64,000 nucleotides of DNA. It comes from Octopus bimaculoides. Lineage: Eukaryota. The DNA lies in the NCBI RefSeq assembly GCF_001194135.2, contig NC_068982.1:104908991-104972990 (forward strand), read 5' to 3'. Position numbers and translations under genes: made by a program. A model generated the notes under the pieces. That model had not been told where the DNA came from and did no database searches. It was given only the letters and a program-made list of their open reading frames with translations. How positions within the stretch are numbered: the stretch's first letter is position 1; each line of letters opens with the position of its first letter. Shown piece after piece: positions 23,202 to 37,516 of this stretch.

Positions 23202-24433
23202 TAGACTTATTTTAGTTTTAGGTATATACCTATGGATAAGCAGCTTCTTTTTCAAATTACTATTCATAAAACTAGGAGTTTAATAAAACATAACTTTCAG
23301 AATATACTTATAAAACTAGGAAATCATCATCATCGTCATCATCAACATCCATTGCCATGCTATCATGGGATTGATGCTTTGACCAGAGCTGGCAAGCTGG
23401 GGAGCTGCACCAGGCTCCAGTCTGATTTGGCATGGTTTCTACAGCTGGATACCCTTCCTAATGCCAATCACTTTATAGAGTGTCCTGGGTGCTTTCACGT
23501 GGCACCACCATGAGTGCTTTACACCAAAGTAATGTGCTAAATTATACAGCTGGCACTAAATATATCATGCATTTTACTTCTCTTGTTTATATTATTTGGT
23601 GCTGAGAACAATGTTTCATAAGAATACAGAGATGAGAAAATGTTTGGGAGAACTTATGTATGAATTTCAAGGAGCACCATAAGTTTCAAGAATGCAATTC
23701 CATAGAGAAATTCAGTCAGCATATTTTTTCATACTTGTACACATTCACATTCGATTTTTAAATCTGTTATAAAAGTAAAGAATTTTTGCTTCCACATAGA
23801 AATGCATTAGAAGTCAACTAACTGCAATACAGGATCTCTTAAATTCAACCACTCAACTACATTTAATTTCAGATTTGTGGAATCTGCTTCATTGAGATAT
23901 TTTATAAATTATATTGTTATCACTTACTCACTGAATCAAAAAAAAAAAAAAAAAAAAAAATCTAGCAGAAAACCACCCACTCACATCCTTTAGAACTCCT
24001 ATAAAATGTTTTGTGTGCTGCTCAAGAGTCTTACAGCTGGTTTCTTCAAAACATTTTTTTGTTTTTGGGAAGTACTCGAAACTTTAACTTTCTAAATCTT
24101 GTTGAGATATGCTGAGTTTACTCTCAAAACTTGATTAAACATCACATAAAGTTTCATGAAACCTTAAGTTCATTCAGATGTAATGAAAATGCATAGAAAG
24201 TTTAAGCTTATTTAGCCAAGCAAAATTATTTGGCTAAGGAATATCAATGCCTTATATCTAAAAATAGCCCAATTTCAATTATAACGATTCAACAAATTTT
24301 TCAAGTACTTAACATCAGCTCAACCATAATACAGTATTGTACATCAGTAAACAATTGTAAACTGATCCAACATCATATAAATATAAATATATACACCATT
24401 GAAGCCACCGGAAAATACACAAAGCATATATAT

Positions 24434-24472
<39 letters not shown>

Positions 24473-24479
24473 TATATAT

Positions 24480-24731
24480 GTCATCATCATCATCATTTTA
24501 ATGTCCACTTTTTCTTTGCTTGCATAAGTTGGACAAAGTTTATTGAGGCAGATTTTCTACATCTGGATACCCTTCCTGTCATCAGTCCATGCCTTTTTTT
24601 AAATAAGGTAATAATTCCCCATGGTCAGACATGATCTCACAGAATATTGAAAATGAATGATACAACTTGTATGACGGTGACAATCATTTTGCAATTTTAC
24701 AACTATCATACAATGTCAAGACAAGGAGACA

Positions 24732-24784
<53 letters not shown>

Positions 24785-25014
24785 GAGCTTATTTCAGTTT
24801 CTGCCTACTAAATTCACTCACAAGGCTTTGGTTGACCCAGGGCTATAGTAGAAGACACTTGCCCAAGGTGCTGCACAGTGGGACTGAACCCAGATACATT
24901 AGTTGGGAAGCAAACTTCTTACCACACAACCCTGCTATATATCATGGTTGTAAGCTTAAGAAGTTCCTTTCACAACCACATGGATCTGGGTTCAGTTTGT
25001 GTGGAGGTTTGATG

Positions 25015-25050
<36 letters not shown>

Positions 25051-25060
25051 NNNNNNNNNN

Positions 25061-25091
<31 letters not shown>

Positions 25092-25450
25092 TGATCCCCT
25101 CCATAGAACTTTATAGTTGGTGTTAGTCTGTTTACATTCCTGTAATTTAGCAGTTTGGCAAAAGAGGCCAACAGAATAAGTACCAGACTTAAAATAAGAA
25201 CTGGGATTGATTTGTCTGACTAAATCCTTCAAGACGGTCAACCCTTCAACATGGTCACAGTCTCAAGCAAGTAAAAGAATTTATCCAAAGGTGCAGGAGT
25301 GAGAGTGTGGTAAGAAGCTGGCTTCCGAACCACATGGTTCTGGATTCAGTCCCACTGTGTAGCACCTTGGGCAAGTGTCTTCTACTAAAGTGCCGGGCTA
25401 ACCAAAGCCTTGTGAGTGGATTTGGAAGATGGAAACTGAATGAAGCCTAT

Positions 25451-25499
<49 letters not shown>

Positions 25500-25715
25500 T
25501 TGTTTGTCTGTGTTTGTCTCCCCACCATCGCTTGACAACCGATGTTGGTGTGTTTATGTCCCCATAACTTAGCAGTTTGGCAAAAGAGACCGATAGAATA
25601 AGTACTAGGCTTATAAAGAATAAGTAGTGGAGTAGATATAATCAATGAAATCCTTGAAGATGGTACTCTAGCATGGCTTACAGTCCAATGTTTGTAGCCA
25701 GTAAGAGAATAAAAG
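24480..25715. mobile_element. Cluster of three family-A SINEs: 24480-24935(-, body 2), 24941-25280(+, body 1) and 25289-25715(+, body 1)
   Basis: Shared head and core motifs. The first two are back-to-back and the last two are in tandem. A 10-N gap lies at 25051-25060. Confidence 0.8.
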
Positions 25716-25839
25716 TATGTAAGTTATTTAAATGTGAATCATTCTGCTAGAACAGCAAGATGTAATGAAGCTTCATAATGCTAGAACATTCTGCTAGAAC
25801 AACAAGATGTAATGAAGTTTCAATAATGAAGTTTCATAA

Positions 25840-26280
25840 GAGTGGATCTGCAGTAAGAAATTTACTTCCCAAACACATGGCGCAAATTCAGTCCCACTGT
25901 GTAGTACTCTGGGTAAGTGTTTCCTACTATAGCCCTAGGCCAACCAAAGCCTTGAGAGTGGATTTGGTAGATGGAAACTGAAAGAAGATCATTGTGTGTG
26001 TGTGTGTGTATGTGTGCACGTATGCGTTACTGTATCCTTCACATCATGTGACGGTTATAAACGAGTGTCACTATTATGCAAGCAGTATCTTTATTTCCAA
26101 TCTTCCATGAAAACATATCTGACTGTGGAGAAAAATAATTACCTTGCTTGGAAATAGGTGAGGTCTGGCAATAGAAAATGCCATAAAAAATCTGTCTTGA
26201 CAAATTCTGTCTGACTCATATGAGCATTGAAAAGTGGTCATCAAAAACGATGAATAATAATAATAATAATGAATGATGAA
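25840..26280 (+). mobile_element. SINE family A, body variant 2 with RTE-like tail
   Basis: Head and core are followed by ...ACCTTGCTTGGAAATAGGTGAGG...GCATTGAAAAGTGGTCATCAAAAACGATG. Confidence 0.8.
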
Positions 26281-26589
26281 GTTTTCCTCACACAAGAGAA
26301 TAACATTTGATGCATCAAGAATTATGAACATTAAGCATTATAAGGCTAAAGGTTGATACAAACCCACTAATAGTGATAGATCTGTTTATAAATACCAGAA
26401 TGCTCTTGAGAATAATCATTATTATCAAGATCATTTAATTTTGTCCCAGAGGCACACATCATTGGTAAGGGAGTGTAATGAATTTAAATTTATCCCATTA
26501 TTTTGACGAGGTCTTAATTTATTGATCCCTAGATGGGTAAAAGTTGAAGTTCACTTTCATAGGATAAAACAAATGATAAATTGATCTTT

Positions 26590-26985
26590 TATATTTTACT
26601 TGTTTCAGTCACTGGATTGTGGCTGGGCTAGGGCATTGCCTTGAAGGATTTAATCAAACCAAGACCCCAATACTTATGTTTTTTGTTTTAAAAAAACAAA
26701 CTCTGGTACTTATTTTATTGGACTCTTTTGCTAAAGTACTAGGTTACAAAGATACAAACAAACCAATACTGGTTGTCATGCAGTGGGGGGATGGAACAGA
26801 CATAAAGACACACAAAAATAGACATATTATATACAATAGGCTTCCACACAGTTTCCATCAGCCAAATTTACTCATAAGACATTGGTTGGCCTGCGGCTAT
26901 AGTAGAAGATACAATGGAACTGAACTTGAAACCATACGGTTGCAAAGCAAGTTTATTAACCACACAGCTATGCCTACACATACGC
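26590..26985 (-). mobile_element. SINE family A, body variant 1 (decayed)
   Basis: Same motifs as the other copies. Confidence 0.7.
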
Positions 26986-27667
26986 ATAGCCATGTTTGGG
27001 ATAGGGTCTTTGAGAAGTGCTGTTATGAATAATGGAAATGACATTAGGCAGAAAGACGCTCATAATGGAAATAAAACTTTTAGACTGACAAAAACAAAAT
27101 TTGAAGGAACAGGAGTAATTATATAAACAAAGACAACAAAATAATACTTGCCAGTTAACTGGAATCTGGAGTATTTCAAATATAGGATTTCTAATGTAAG
27201 ATTATTGAATTCTAAAATTTCATATTATGTTCAGTAACTGAACAATCATTTTTAACACCTTTATAATTAAATATGCGTATTGAAAATCAATTCATTTGTT
27301 TCAGTCTCTTCATCATCAACAAAATCAATTAAACATCAATTTTTCATTGCAAATGTAAATTGAACAGTTTGTGTAGAACAGTTTCTCTAACCTGTCTCCC
27401 ATTTAATCTATAATGCCAACCTAAGAGAGATGGAATCAAACTACTTTCCCTAGATTCTTTCTTTGTTTCCTCAAAAACCCGACAGCCCCACTGGAACAAG
27501 GCATTTAAACTATTGACAAACTATAAGTAATATGCAACAATCAATGGTTTAATATTAAGCTATGTTAGCACTCCATCTCTACAACAACTAAACTCCTGTT
27601 TACAAGACAACAAGGAGTCTAGATGGTGGCTTGATCTGCTAGAAACAACAGCCAAACCTTCCTTTAA

Positions 27668-28918
27668 ACTTTTAGCATTCAGATTACCCTGTCAAAAGTA
27701 ATGCTTATTTGTTCACATTGTTTTGAACTAACCATGCATTATCTTGTAGCTTTGAGATTTTGGTGATGAGAGTGTTTATTTTTAGAATGACATTGTAGAG
27801 TAGGTGTGAGAGGCAAGATCTGGCCAGTTTGAACATAAAACAAGGAGGAATATTTGGGCCTGATATCATCATCGTCATCATCATCTAGCATCCATTATTC
27901 ATGCTGGCATGGATTGGATGGTTTGACCAGGGCTGATAAGTTAGGAGGCTGCACCAGACTCCAGTCTGATTTGGCATGGTTTCTACTGCTGGGTGCCCTT
28001 CCTAATGCCAACCACTCAGAGAGTGTAACGGGTGCTTTTACATGCCACTGGCATAGGTGCTATTTGCATGACACTGGTATCTACCATGACTGCAATTTCA
28101 TTTGACTTGATGGGTCTTTTCAAGCATGACATAATGTGAAAGTTCTTGGTCATTGCCGCCGTGAGGCCCAACACTCAAAAGGAGCTGTCACACCTCATGT
28201 TTCACTACCCTGTAGCATAACTGTTCGCACAGAGGCATCATACAATCTGCCTTTCACTCTGAAAGAGAGGCCCTTTATTGCCAGCAGAATTAGGAGCTCT
28301 CTGAACTTTGCCCAGCCTAATCTCACTCACACAGCTACACTTTTGGAGCACCCACCTCCACTACTAACTTGGTCACTAAGATAACGGAAGCTATCTACTA
28401 CTTCTAGCTTACCCCACCTGGCAATTGATGGAGTCTATTTTCTGTAGATTTTCAGTGTTTATTGTAGCTATGCATCTTCCACACACAAAAGCTGTTTTTC
28501 TTGTTAACCTTCGTCTGATATTGCTGCATCTTTTATGTGTCCAAAGCTGACACCAGGTGCATCTTATGGAGTTTCTACCTATGCATTTTCTACAGATCAA
28601 GCAGAGCCATCTACCTGAAGGGATTTGTGATTTGTCTGCTTTCCTACTTACTAAGACTTTGGTTTTTGCTAGGTTAACTCTAAGGTCCTTTGATTCTACA
28701 CTTTGCTTCCTTGATTCCACCCCTGGAACTTCTCTAGTTCTGGTAATGATTCAGCTATAAAAACAAGGTCATTAGTATAGAGGAGCTCCCAGAGGCATCC
28801 TGTCTTAAATTCCTGTTATTGCCTAGAGGATTATGATGAATAAGAGGGGGGCTGAGGATTGATCCTTGGTGAACCCCTACTTGTACCCTGAATTTTTCAT
28901 TGTTTAAATGCTAAAGGG
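27668..28918. mobile_element. piggyBac-type MITE (CCCTTTAGCATT family) split by an RTE LINE insertion
   Basis: The left part, 27668-27865 (..TTTAGCATTCAGATTAC...ATATTTGGGCCTGATAT), matches the intact copy at 30823. The right TIR GTTTAAATGCTAAAGGG|TTAA resumes at 28902-28922. Confidence 0.75.
27866..28890 (-). mobile_element. 5'-truncated, internally deleted RTE LINE (RT, PHD-like finger, thumb and 3' tail)
   Basis: The minus strand gives GVHQGSILSPLLFIII, then ESKDLRVNLAKTKVLV...CLIC...CTWCQLWTHKRC...CGRC, then EVVDSFRYL...GWAKFRELL...KGRLYDASVRTVMLQGSET, then the 3' tail ending (GAT)n. Confidence 0.9.
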
Positions 28919-29569
28919 TTAAATCATGTCCCCTAGATACACAAGATCTTAACATAAGATGAGTTGGTCACAACTGAAATGTTTTTGTCATAGGCTTGCT
29001 AGATCAGAGCTGACTTGAAGTTAAACAACAACTACAAAAGAAAAAAAAGCAACTCCCCTCCCACCAAAAACTCAATAATCCCATGTCTTGTTCTTCCATT
29101 ACACCTATGTCTCTCCCACCAAGAACTCTAAACTGAACATGTTTTCTCAATCCTTCTTCGCCGGATCTAAATCTCTATCAAAACTCCTCTTGCCTATGTT
29201 TTTTTTTTTTTTTGCTCTAATCTGAAACAATTCAAATGAATAAATTTTAACAACACAAACTTCACCTAGTTAATCCCTATTATAGAAACTGGAAAGATCT
29301 AGAAAGGCTACGAGCAATGGCTTTCTTCTTCAGTTTAACAAACAGAAGAAAAATATAATCAAATACATGAATGTAAATAGAAAAATAGAAATAATCAAAT
29401 ATAAATATAGCGTGTGAAGAAAAATACTTCATTGCAAATCTAGGAAACATGTAATTTCCTGTTAATTTTTCTTCTTCTTATTTAAAATTTAATTTAATGG
29501 CATTTATAACTACATTAAATAACAGATAATTATATATCTAATCTAGTTAATATGTTCACACATTCTGAA

Positions 29570-29695
29570 ATATACATGCATATACATACATACATACATA
29601 CACACATGCATATAAATACATATACATGTACGCACATATATACATACATACATACATGCATATGTACATACATACATATAAATAGGCATACATAG

Positions 29696-29738
<43 letters not shown>

Positions 29739-29750
29739 TACATATATATT
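29570..29750. repeat. (TACA)n/(TA)n microsatellite complex
   Basis: Direct read. Confidence 0.9.
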
Positions 29751-30822
29751 ATAAAATCTCATTATCATTATTCTTATAAGCCAAAACTGTTGTTCGCTAA
29801 AGCAATTCCTATAATTGCATGACATAAAAGAAATAAAAATTCTACAGAGAAAATTTAGATAAAATATGAATTTCGATAAATTAAAGCAAATCTATTTATA
29901 GAAGTTACTAATTTCATATCATTTTGTCATTCTGATTCAAATAAAGCTGTTTAAGAGAATGATGAGATGACTGCACAATATCTATAAATAGCAAGTCATA
30001 TCTAGATGTATTGTAATAATAGCAATTAGAAGGAGAGAAGAAAAGAGAATGGTGTGTGAAAAGACTAGTTCAGATGCTAGTCAGCCATGGCTATGTTTAC
30101 ATGAAGCTGATATCATCATGCCAAAGACAAGGATTCAGTTTAATATCGTTGACTAACTTTCAATAAAGAGGAATCTTAGATACAATGGCCAACATTAGCA
30201 GAATGTGGCAGGTTAATTATATAATAAATAATTGGACAAAAGTGAATAGCTAATTTTCAGTTCAGTACAGTTCACTTCATTTGAATTAATGACAAGGTGA
30301 GTTTGATCTAATTAAGTTGTTATGGTTAATTAGCATGACAAAGCAGAATAACTTAAAAGTTTCATGTTCAAGATAATAACAGATGGAGCCTCAAAATAAA
30401 ATTGCCCAACCTGCTAGAAAAAGCAGCAAATTCACCTCAAACCACACCTTGCCATTTTTTAAAAAAAAAAGCATACAATTTCGATGAATAGTTCTGAATA
30501 CGTTGTCTAAAAAACAGACTGAATGGGACATCTTGAGTAAAGATTCTACTCAGTTAGGTTGATTGATCTCATGGCTAAACAGTAACAACAACATCAAACT
30601 ATTATCATCATCTTTACCATGGATTAGACAAGGTTATGGCTATGAATATTTTTACAAATGATACAGGAGCTTGGGCTACTAGGAGACAGATTTTGCATTT
30701 GAATTATTTTCCTAACTCAGGAATATATGAACAAAATGTTAAATATTTAATCAGTTGAGTATCTTCCAAGACTGCAACAAATCGAAAAACCAGCATTCCA
30801 AACATCTGACAAAGTTCTTTAA

Positions 30823-31038
30823 CCCTTTAGCATTCAGATCATCCTGTCAAATGTAATATTTATTCACATCATTTAAAATTAATCATACATTATCTCATAG
30901 CTTTAAAATTTTGATGATATGATTGTTTATTTTTAGAACAACACTGTAGGGTAGATGTAAGAGGCCAGACCTGGCTAGTTTGAGCATAAAACAGGTAGAA
31001 TATTTGGGCTGGATATGACCAGTTTAAATGCTAAAGAG
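30823..31038. mobile_element. 216-bp piggyBac-type MITE
   Basis: TTAA|CCCTTTAGCATT ... AATGCTAAAGAG|TTGA. The TIR and TSD each carry one mismatch. Confidence 0.85.
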
Positions 31039-31617
31039 TTGAGCTTTATTGCCTAATTGTCTATCAACCTAAATGTTCATATTTCTATATCATTGCTCTT
31101 AAATATGAAAATTTCACTTTCTACAAAATCATTTCAGAATTTCTTATCTGTCTGTCTTTTATTATTTATATATATTTGTTGTTTATAGTTTCAGCTCAGA
31201 GCTGCGGCCATGCTGATGCACTGCCATATATATATATATATATATATATAAACAAAAAACAACTTTAGCTCTTCTAAAGCAGCAGTCCCTAGAAGAACCT
31301 CATCCATAAAATTAAAATCTGGCTGAATGTTGAGACCGAACTCAGTTGAGAAACAATAAATGAGATTTACATTGTAGAAAATCAGGTCAATATATTGATT
31401 TTAATTTACAAATATCCAAAATTGTAACTTCTTAAGAAAAGTCTTTTTATTTGAAGGAAATGAATGATATTTTTGGCAGAAGTCTTCATTCAGCTGCTGC
31501 CTTCAACAGATATTATTATTAAGCAGAAGTAGCCAAGTAGATACTGTAATGGATTATCAGCTCATTTTTCTTGAGTTCAATTCCAAAGTAGGAATGTTGT
31601 GTAAATGATTCATCTCT

Positions 31618-32575
31618 GATTCATCATGTTTGATATTTACTAAATCAAACAATTATTCTTCATCTATTCTACTTCAATATCTAAACCGTTATATACATAT
31701 TGCTGTAATTAATTCAGACATTGCATTAATAGACATTTTTTCAACATCTCCAAATAACTAAATGCTGGCAATGCATGCAGGGTTTTCAATTAAATTTGAT
31801 TACGCTTTAAATGCCCATAACTCCGATAATTCTGCATTCTTCCAGTTAAACTTTTTTGATGACAGTAGATAAATTTTTGATTCCAGAACGTATTTAATAA
31901 ATATGTCCCAAACAATGAACTCAGACTTTGAATGCCTAAAATTCTTAAAAAATGAAATCAAACTTCCACACCACATTGAGTTGGGACTCCCTGTATCAGT
32001 TATACTTTTTTTTAGAAAACATTTATATACATACATACTTTTTTGCACTAACCTTATTATCGCACTTTCTTGATTTGAATCTTAAACCTTAAAGACTTCA
32101 TTCGTACTTTTATATACATACATACTTTTTGCATTTTTATAAACTACATTTATATATTAGCTTTAATAAATTAGCCTTGCTAAAGTTAACTTTTAAAATG
32201 CCACAACGAGTAAGAGTACAAGTGGGTACTTCTACTTCACAAGCTGCTCTAATGCAACAACAGCGATCTCAAGTAAGTTTCCGATTCATTATATTTGATA
32301 TTTACTAAATCAAACAATTATTCTTTGTCTATTCTACTTCAATATCTAAACCGTTATATACATATTGTTGTAATTAATTTAGACATTGCATTAATAGACA
32401 TTTTTTCAACATCTCCAAATAACTAAATGCTGGCAAAGCATGCAGGGTTTTCAATTAAATTTGATTACACTTTGAATACCCATAACTCCGATAATTCTCC
32501 ATTTTTCCAGTTAAACTTTTTCGATGACAGTAGATAAATTTTTGATTACAGAACATATTTAATAAGTATTTCCAG
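31618..32575. repeat. Direct duplication of a 293-bp non-simple segment (31618-31910 and 32283-32575; offset 665)
   Basis: Both copies read ...TTTGATATTTACTAAATCAAACAATTATTC...GACATTGCATTAATAGACATTTTTTCAACATCTCC...GACAGTAGATAAATTTTTGATT. Identity looks above 90% by eye. Confidence 0.92.
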
Positions 32576-32914
32576 TCCTGCTTTTTCTCACAGATAGCTC
32601 TATGTCAGATGCTCTAGAGTTGGAAATCCGGAAAATTTATTCATCTATGCACCCAACAGTAAAACCAAAACATTGAGTATCATGAAGCTCTGCAAGACTG
32701 AAATTTTGGAACAAAGATGCCTCTCCCTCCGACAACCTCTCTTGCCAACCTCCGACAATCTCCTCCCTCCTCCAGCTGACAGTTTTTTGTACTTTTTCAT
32801 GACAGAAAATACATCTTTTGTGGCAGTTATAACGAAATTGCTTTTTTATATCAGAGGAATAAGGCGTTTAAATAGAACATCTTTACTCTTGGGAATTACC
32901 AGGTACACCAGCTA

Positions 32915-32915
<1 letters not shown>
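32574..32915 (+). mobile_element. Helitron 3' end with RepHel helicase C-terminal relic
   Basis: Reads SPAFSHR*LYVRCSRVGNPENLFIYAPNSKTK/NIEYHEALQD* (Helitron FSHGQLYVACSRVG...KTKNIVY..AL). The terminus has a degenerate hairpin followed by CTAG (32912-15)|T. Confidence 0.85.
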
Positions 32916-32948
<33 letters not shown>

Positions 32949-33458
32949 NNNNNNNNNNNNNNNNNNNNNNNNNNNNNNNNNNNNNNNNNNNNNNNNNNNN
33001 NNNNNNNNNNNNNNNNNNNNNNNNNNNNNNNNNNNNNNNNNNNNNNNNNNNNNNNNNNNNNNNNNNNNNNNNNNNNNNNNNNNNNNNNNNNNNNNNNNNN
33101 NNNNNNNNNNNNNNNNNNNNNNNNNNNNNNNNNNNNNNNNNNNNNNNNNNNNNNNNNNNNNNNNNNNNNNNNNNNNNNNNNNNNNNNNNNNNNNNNNNNN
33201 NNNNNNNNNNNNNNNNNNNNNNNNNNNNNNNNNNNNNNNNNNNNNNNNNNNNNNNNNNNNNNNNNNNNNNNNNNNNNNNNNNNNNNNNNNNNNNNNNNNN
33301 NNNNNNNNNNNNNNNNNNNNNNNNNNNNNNNNNNNNNNNNNNNNNNNNNNNNNNNNNNNNNNNNNNNNNNNNNNNNNNNNNNNNNNNNNNNNNNNNNNNN
33401 NNNNNNNNNNNNNNNNNNNNNNNNNNNNNNNNNNNNNNNNNNNNNNNNNNNNNNNNNN
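32949..33458. other. Assembly gap (N). Other gaps: 25051-25060, 37718-37927, 38965-38974, 45995-46175, 56118-56263 and 60683-60776
   Basis: Runs of N. Nearly all abut simple repeats. Confidence 1.
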
Positions 33459-33646
33459 ATATACCATCTTTAATTTTTTTTATCAGCAAGCATTAGTCTG
33501 AGTGAAAAGTTAGTGATACAGAGCTAATTTGAACAGATGTTTAATGACTTATACTGTTATAATTCAAATTTTGTCAAGGATGAATGAAGCTTAAGTAAAG
33601 CTTAACTAAACACAAATAACTAAGGAAGACAATCAACTGTTATGGC

Positions 33647-33685
<39 letters not shown>

Positions 33686-34185
33686 AAATAATTATTACGA
33701 TACTAAATATTATATATGAATAATTTAAATGTGTATGTATTGTCATACCTCATGGAGTTATTTGCCCTTCTTCCTTTAAGCTAATACTGTGGTCTTGAAA
33801 AGATGTAAGCAAATACCTTTCTATTTCTTTCATGGACAGAAAAATGGGTTTAATCTGACCTGGTTTCAAATTCATTTAGGTTAATCTTCAGAAATCATAC
33901 ATTCATATATTCCAGCCAGAGAGAAATATATAGCTTTAAAATCACTAAATGCAGCAGTTTCTGTATATCAGACATTCTGATTTGCATAAATAGTGCCTTA
34001 CTGGCAGCTTATTCAATAAATTATCATTGCACTAAAACAGCCTACATTAATATAAACCTTATATGGTTTTTTTTTGGTTTTTGTTATAGTCAACAATAAG
34101 AGACTGAAAGAGCATCAGCTAAAAAGAATAAAAAAAAAAGGAAGGAAAACAAAAAGAAACATGTGTACCATAATACACAGTGCAA

Positions 34186-34993
<808 letters not shown>

Positions 34994-35364
34994 TAATAAT
35001 TAATTATTTGAATAAGAGGTCAGCAATGCACAATTATATAAACCAGATCAAATAATTTACTGATTATAAATATCTATAACATTTCTATACGCCATTGTTG
35101 AAAGAAGAGGTGGGTAGGTGACTTTTGATAAGAAATCTAATTAAGTTTGAAACCAAACAAGTCAATCTTTTTTTTTTATCTGCAGAATAAATAACAACAT
35201 TAGTAACCTCACCCTGCTACTCAAAACACATTCAGTTTACTTTAATACACATTTAAATGTGAATGTGTGTGTACACATATACAAAGAGCTTCTTTCAGTT
35301 TCCATTTGCCAAACCTACTCACATGGACAGCCATGTTAAAGTGGCTCTGAATATTACTTATATA

Positions 35365-35406
<42 letters not shown>

Positions 35407-35422
35407 TTTTAGTGTTTTAATC

Positions 35423-35871
35423 TTTTTAGCCCCAACATTTGCAGTTATGATCTATATGGGTTTTCCACAATCTAAGGTCTACTTCTAGAACAACCCTTAA
35501 ATAGATTTAACCCTTTAGCATTCAGATCACGAAATCAAATGTAATGCTTATATATTCACATTGTTTTGAATTAATCTTGCATTATCTTGCAACTTTGAGA
35601 TTTTGATGATGTGATGTTTATTGTTAGAATGATGTTGTAGGATAGGTGTAAGAGGCAAGATCTGGCTGGTTTGAACTTAAAACAGAATATTTGGACCCAA
35701 TATGGCCAGTTTAAATGTTAGTGTTAAACCTTATTTAACAAAACAAAAAAAATAATCCTTTAAAATCCCAACTACGAGTACTGGCATGACTGTGGTGATG
35801 AAATTTGACATCATATGACTTGGTAGCATGTATCAAGCATCTACTAAATGTTTTACTGGTGGTTATTGAGT
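35423..35871. repeat. Local duplication, copy 1 (copy 2 at 39711-40122), containing a piggyBac-type MITE starting at 35511
   Basis: Unique flank TTTTTAGCCCCAACATTTGCAGTTATG..., the MITE and the downstream AAATCCCAACTACGAGTACTGGC...GGTTATTGAG are all present in both copies. Confidence 0.9.
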
Positions 35872-36659
35872 CCACCACCACCACCACCACCACCACTTGA
35901 TTACTGGTGTTGGTTTGGTTACATCTCCATAACTTAGTGGCTTGGCAAAAATGACTAAGTACCAGGTTTAAAATCAAAAACTGGGGTTGACTTGTTTGAC
36001 TAAACCCTTCAAGGCGATTCCCCAGCATAGCCACAGTCCAGTGATTGACACAAGTAAAAGATAAAAGACAGGTTTACTAAGCCATTGTTAAATATTTATG
36101 CCAGGGATGAAACAGTGCTGATGATGACAGGATATGAACTGTCAACCTTTCAATCATCAAGCCAATGTCTTGTCAACTCAGTCTGTTAGAATTCTCTTGT
36201 GTAAACTAATACACTGTGAAACATTTTTTTTCCCTCCAAATACCTTATATATAATATAACATTCAGTTACATATAATATAACATTCAATAGTTGGCTAGT
36301 TGAAGTGATAGAATTATCACTGTGAGGATTTAGCACACTGATGTTCTGAAATATATTTAGTGTCATGTCTGAAAAGAATGAGATGCTAGAATATTAACAA
36401 TTATCTGTGGGGAATTCAACAAAAAAGTTACAAGTGTGAGAATAATAACTGACTTGTATATATTTTGTACAGAATGATTGATTTCACCTCAATTCCTGAT
36501 TTTTCTAGACATCTTGTGTAATGTCTATTTATTGTTTTACTTTATTTACAACCATAAAACCTTGGAAATTAATTGATGTTTTGATGAGTGTAGTTGCATA
36601 ACTAAGTTGTCAAGGTACTGTCTTGTGTTCCTGATATTGATACTTAAGTAGCCTAGCCC

Positions 36660-36900
36660 GCATAGCCGTAGGTTAATCTGGGCATTACTGTCTTGAGTCC
36701 CAGGATGCACCAGACTGGTTACTCAGTTTCCATGGTGAATAAGTGACCAAGATCACAACTCTCTCCATGAATGAGACACCAGTCTGTTACTGGGTTACTC
36801 ATTTACAGCTGAGTGGACTGGAGCAACATAAAATGCAGCGCTTTGCTCAAGAATGCAACACACTGCCTGATCTAGGAATCAAGACAACAATCTTGTGATT
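36660..36900 (-). mobile_element. Old SINE with V-domain-like core
   Basis: The minus strand reads TGAGCAAAGCGCTGCATTTTATGTTGCTCCAGTCCACTCAGCTGTAAATGAGTA...CAGACTGGTGTCTCATTCATGG...CACCATGGAAA, shared with 12250-12445. Confidence 0.5.
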
Positions 36901-37477
36901 GTTAGTGTGCCTTCAAACGCAGCTACAAATAAGTAGCATTTTGAAATATATTTCACTGAGGTTACTAATTACCAGTAGCATTGTATAATTATTATGTTAA
37001 TATATTGCGGTGTTGAGAGAAAATTTTTCTATGAGTATAGCTTAAAAATAAATAAGCTTCACAAAGCAGGCTCACATGAAAATGAATGTTTTCTCTGCAG
37101 TGATTACAACTACCCATGTGCTCCTAAAGATAGTATGTAGATAGCAAACTTTCTGCAAATGGCAAATAATGACCTTAATAACACAGAACTCTTGGCAATG
37201 GAACAGAATAGGAGTGCATCAGCCTAAAGAGATAAATCAATTTACAGATTTCTGGAGATTCGTATTATTTGATAGAAATTTTTGAAAGACTTAATAAAGA
37301 ACAAGAAATAAAAAACTAACCCCAAAACTAGTAAATAATATATCAATATCTATTAATATGATTTTTTCCATTTTTTTTTTTTGTTTTCTTTTTCCTTGAT
37401 AGATACTAAAGTCTACTCTTGTTACCATTTAGAGTAGCAAATTACGACGAATGGAAGCAAAAGCTTCTGAGAGGATA

Positions 37478-37516
<39 letters not shown>

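Noticed and set aside
25735-25835. Short tandem duplication CATTCTGCTAGAAC..CAAGATGTAATGAAG
   Set aside because: An ordinary slippage-type duplication with no further structure.
32883-33489. ORFs of 194-233 aa (also 37670-38371, 56089-56298, 60530-60817)
   Set aside because: They run through N gaps and are not real reading frames.
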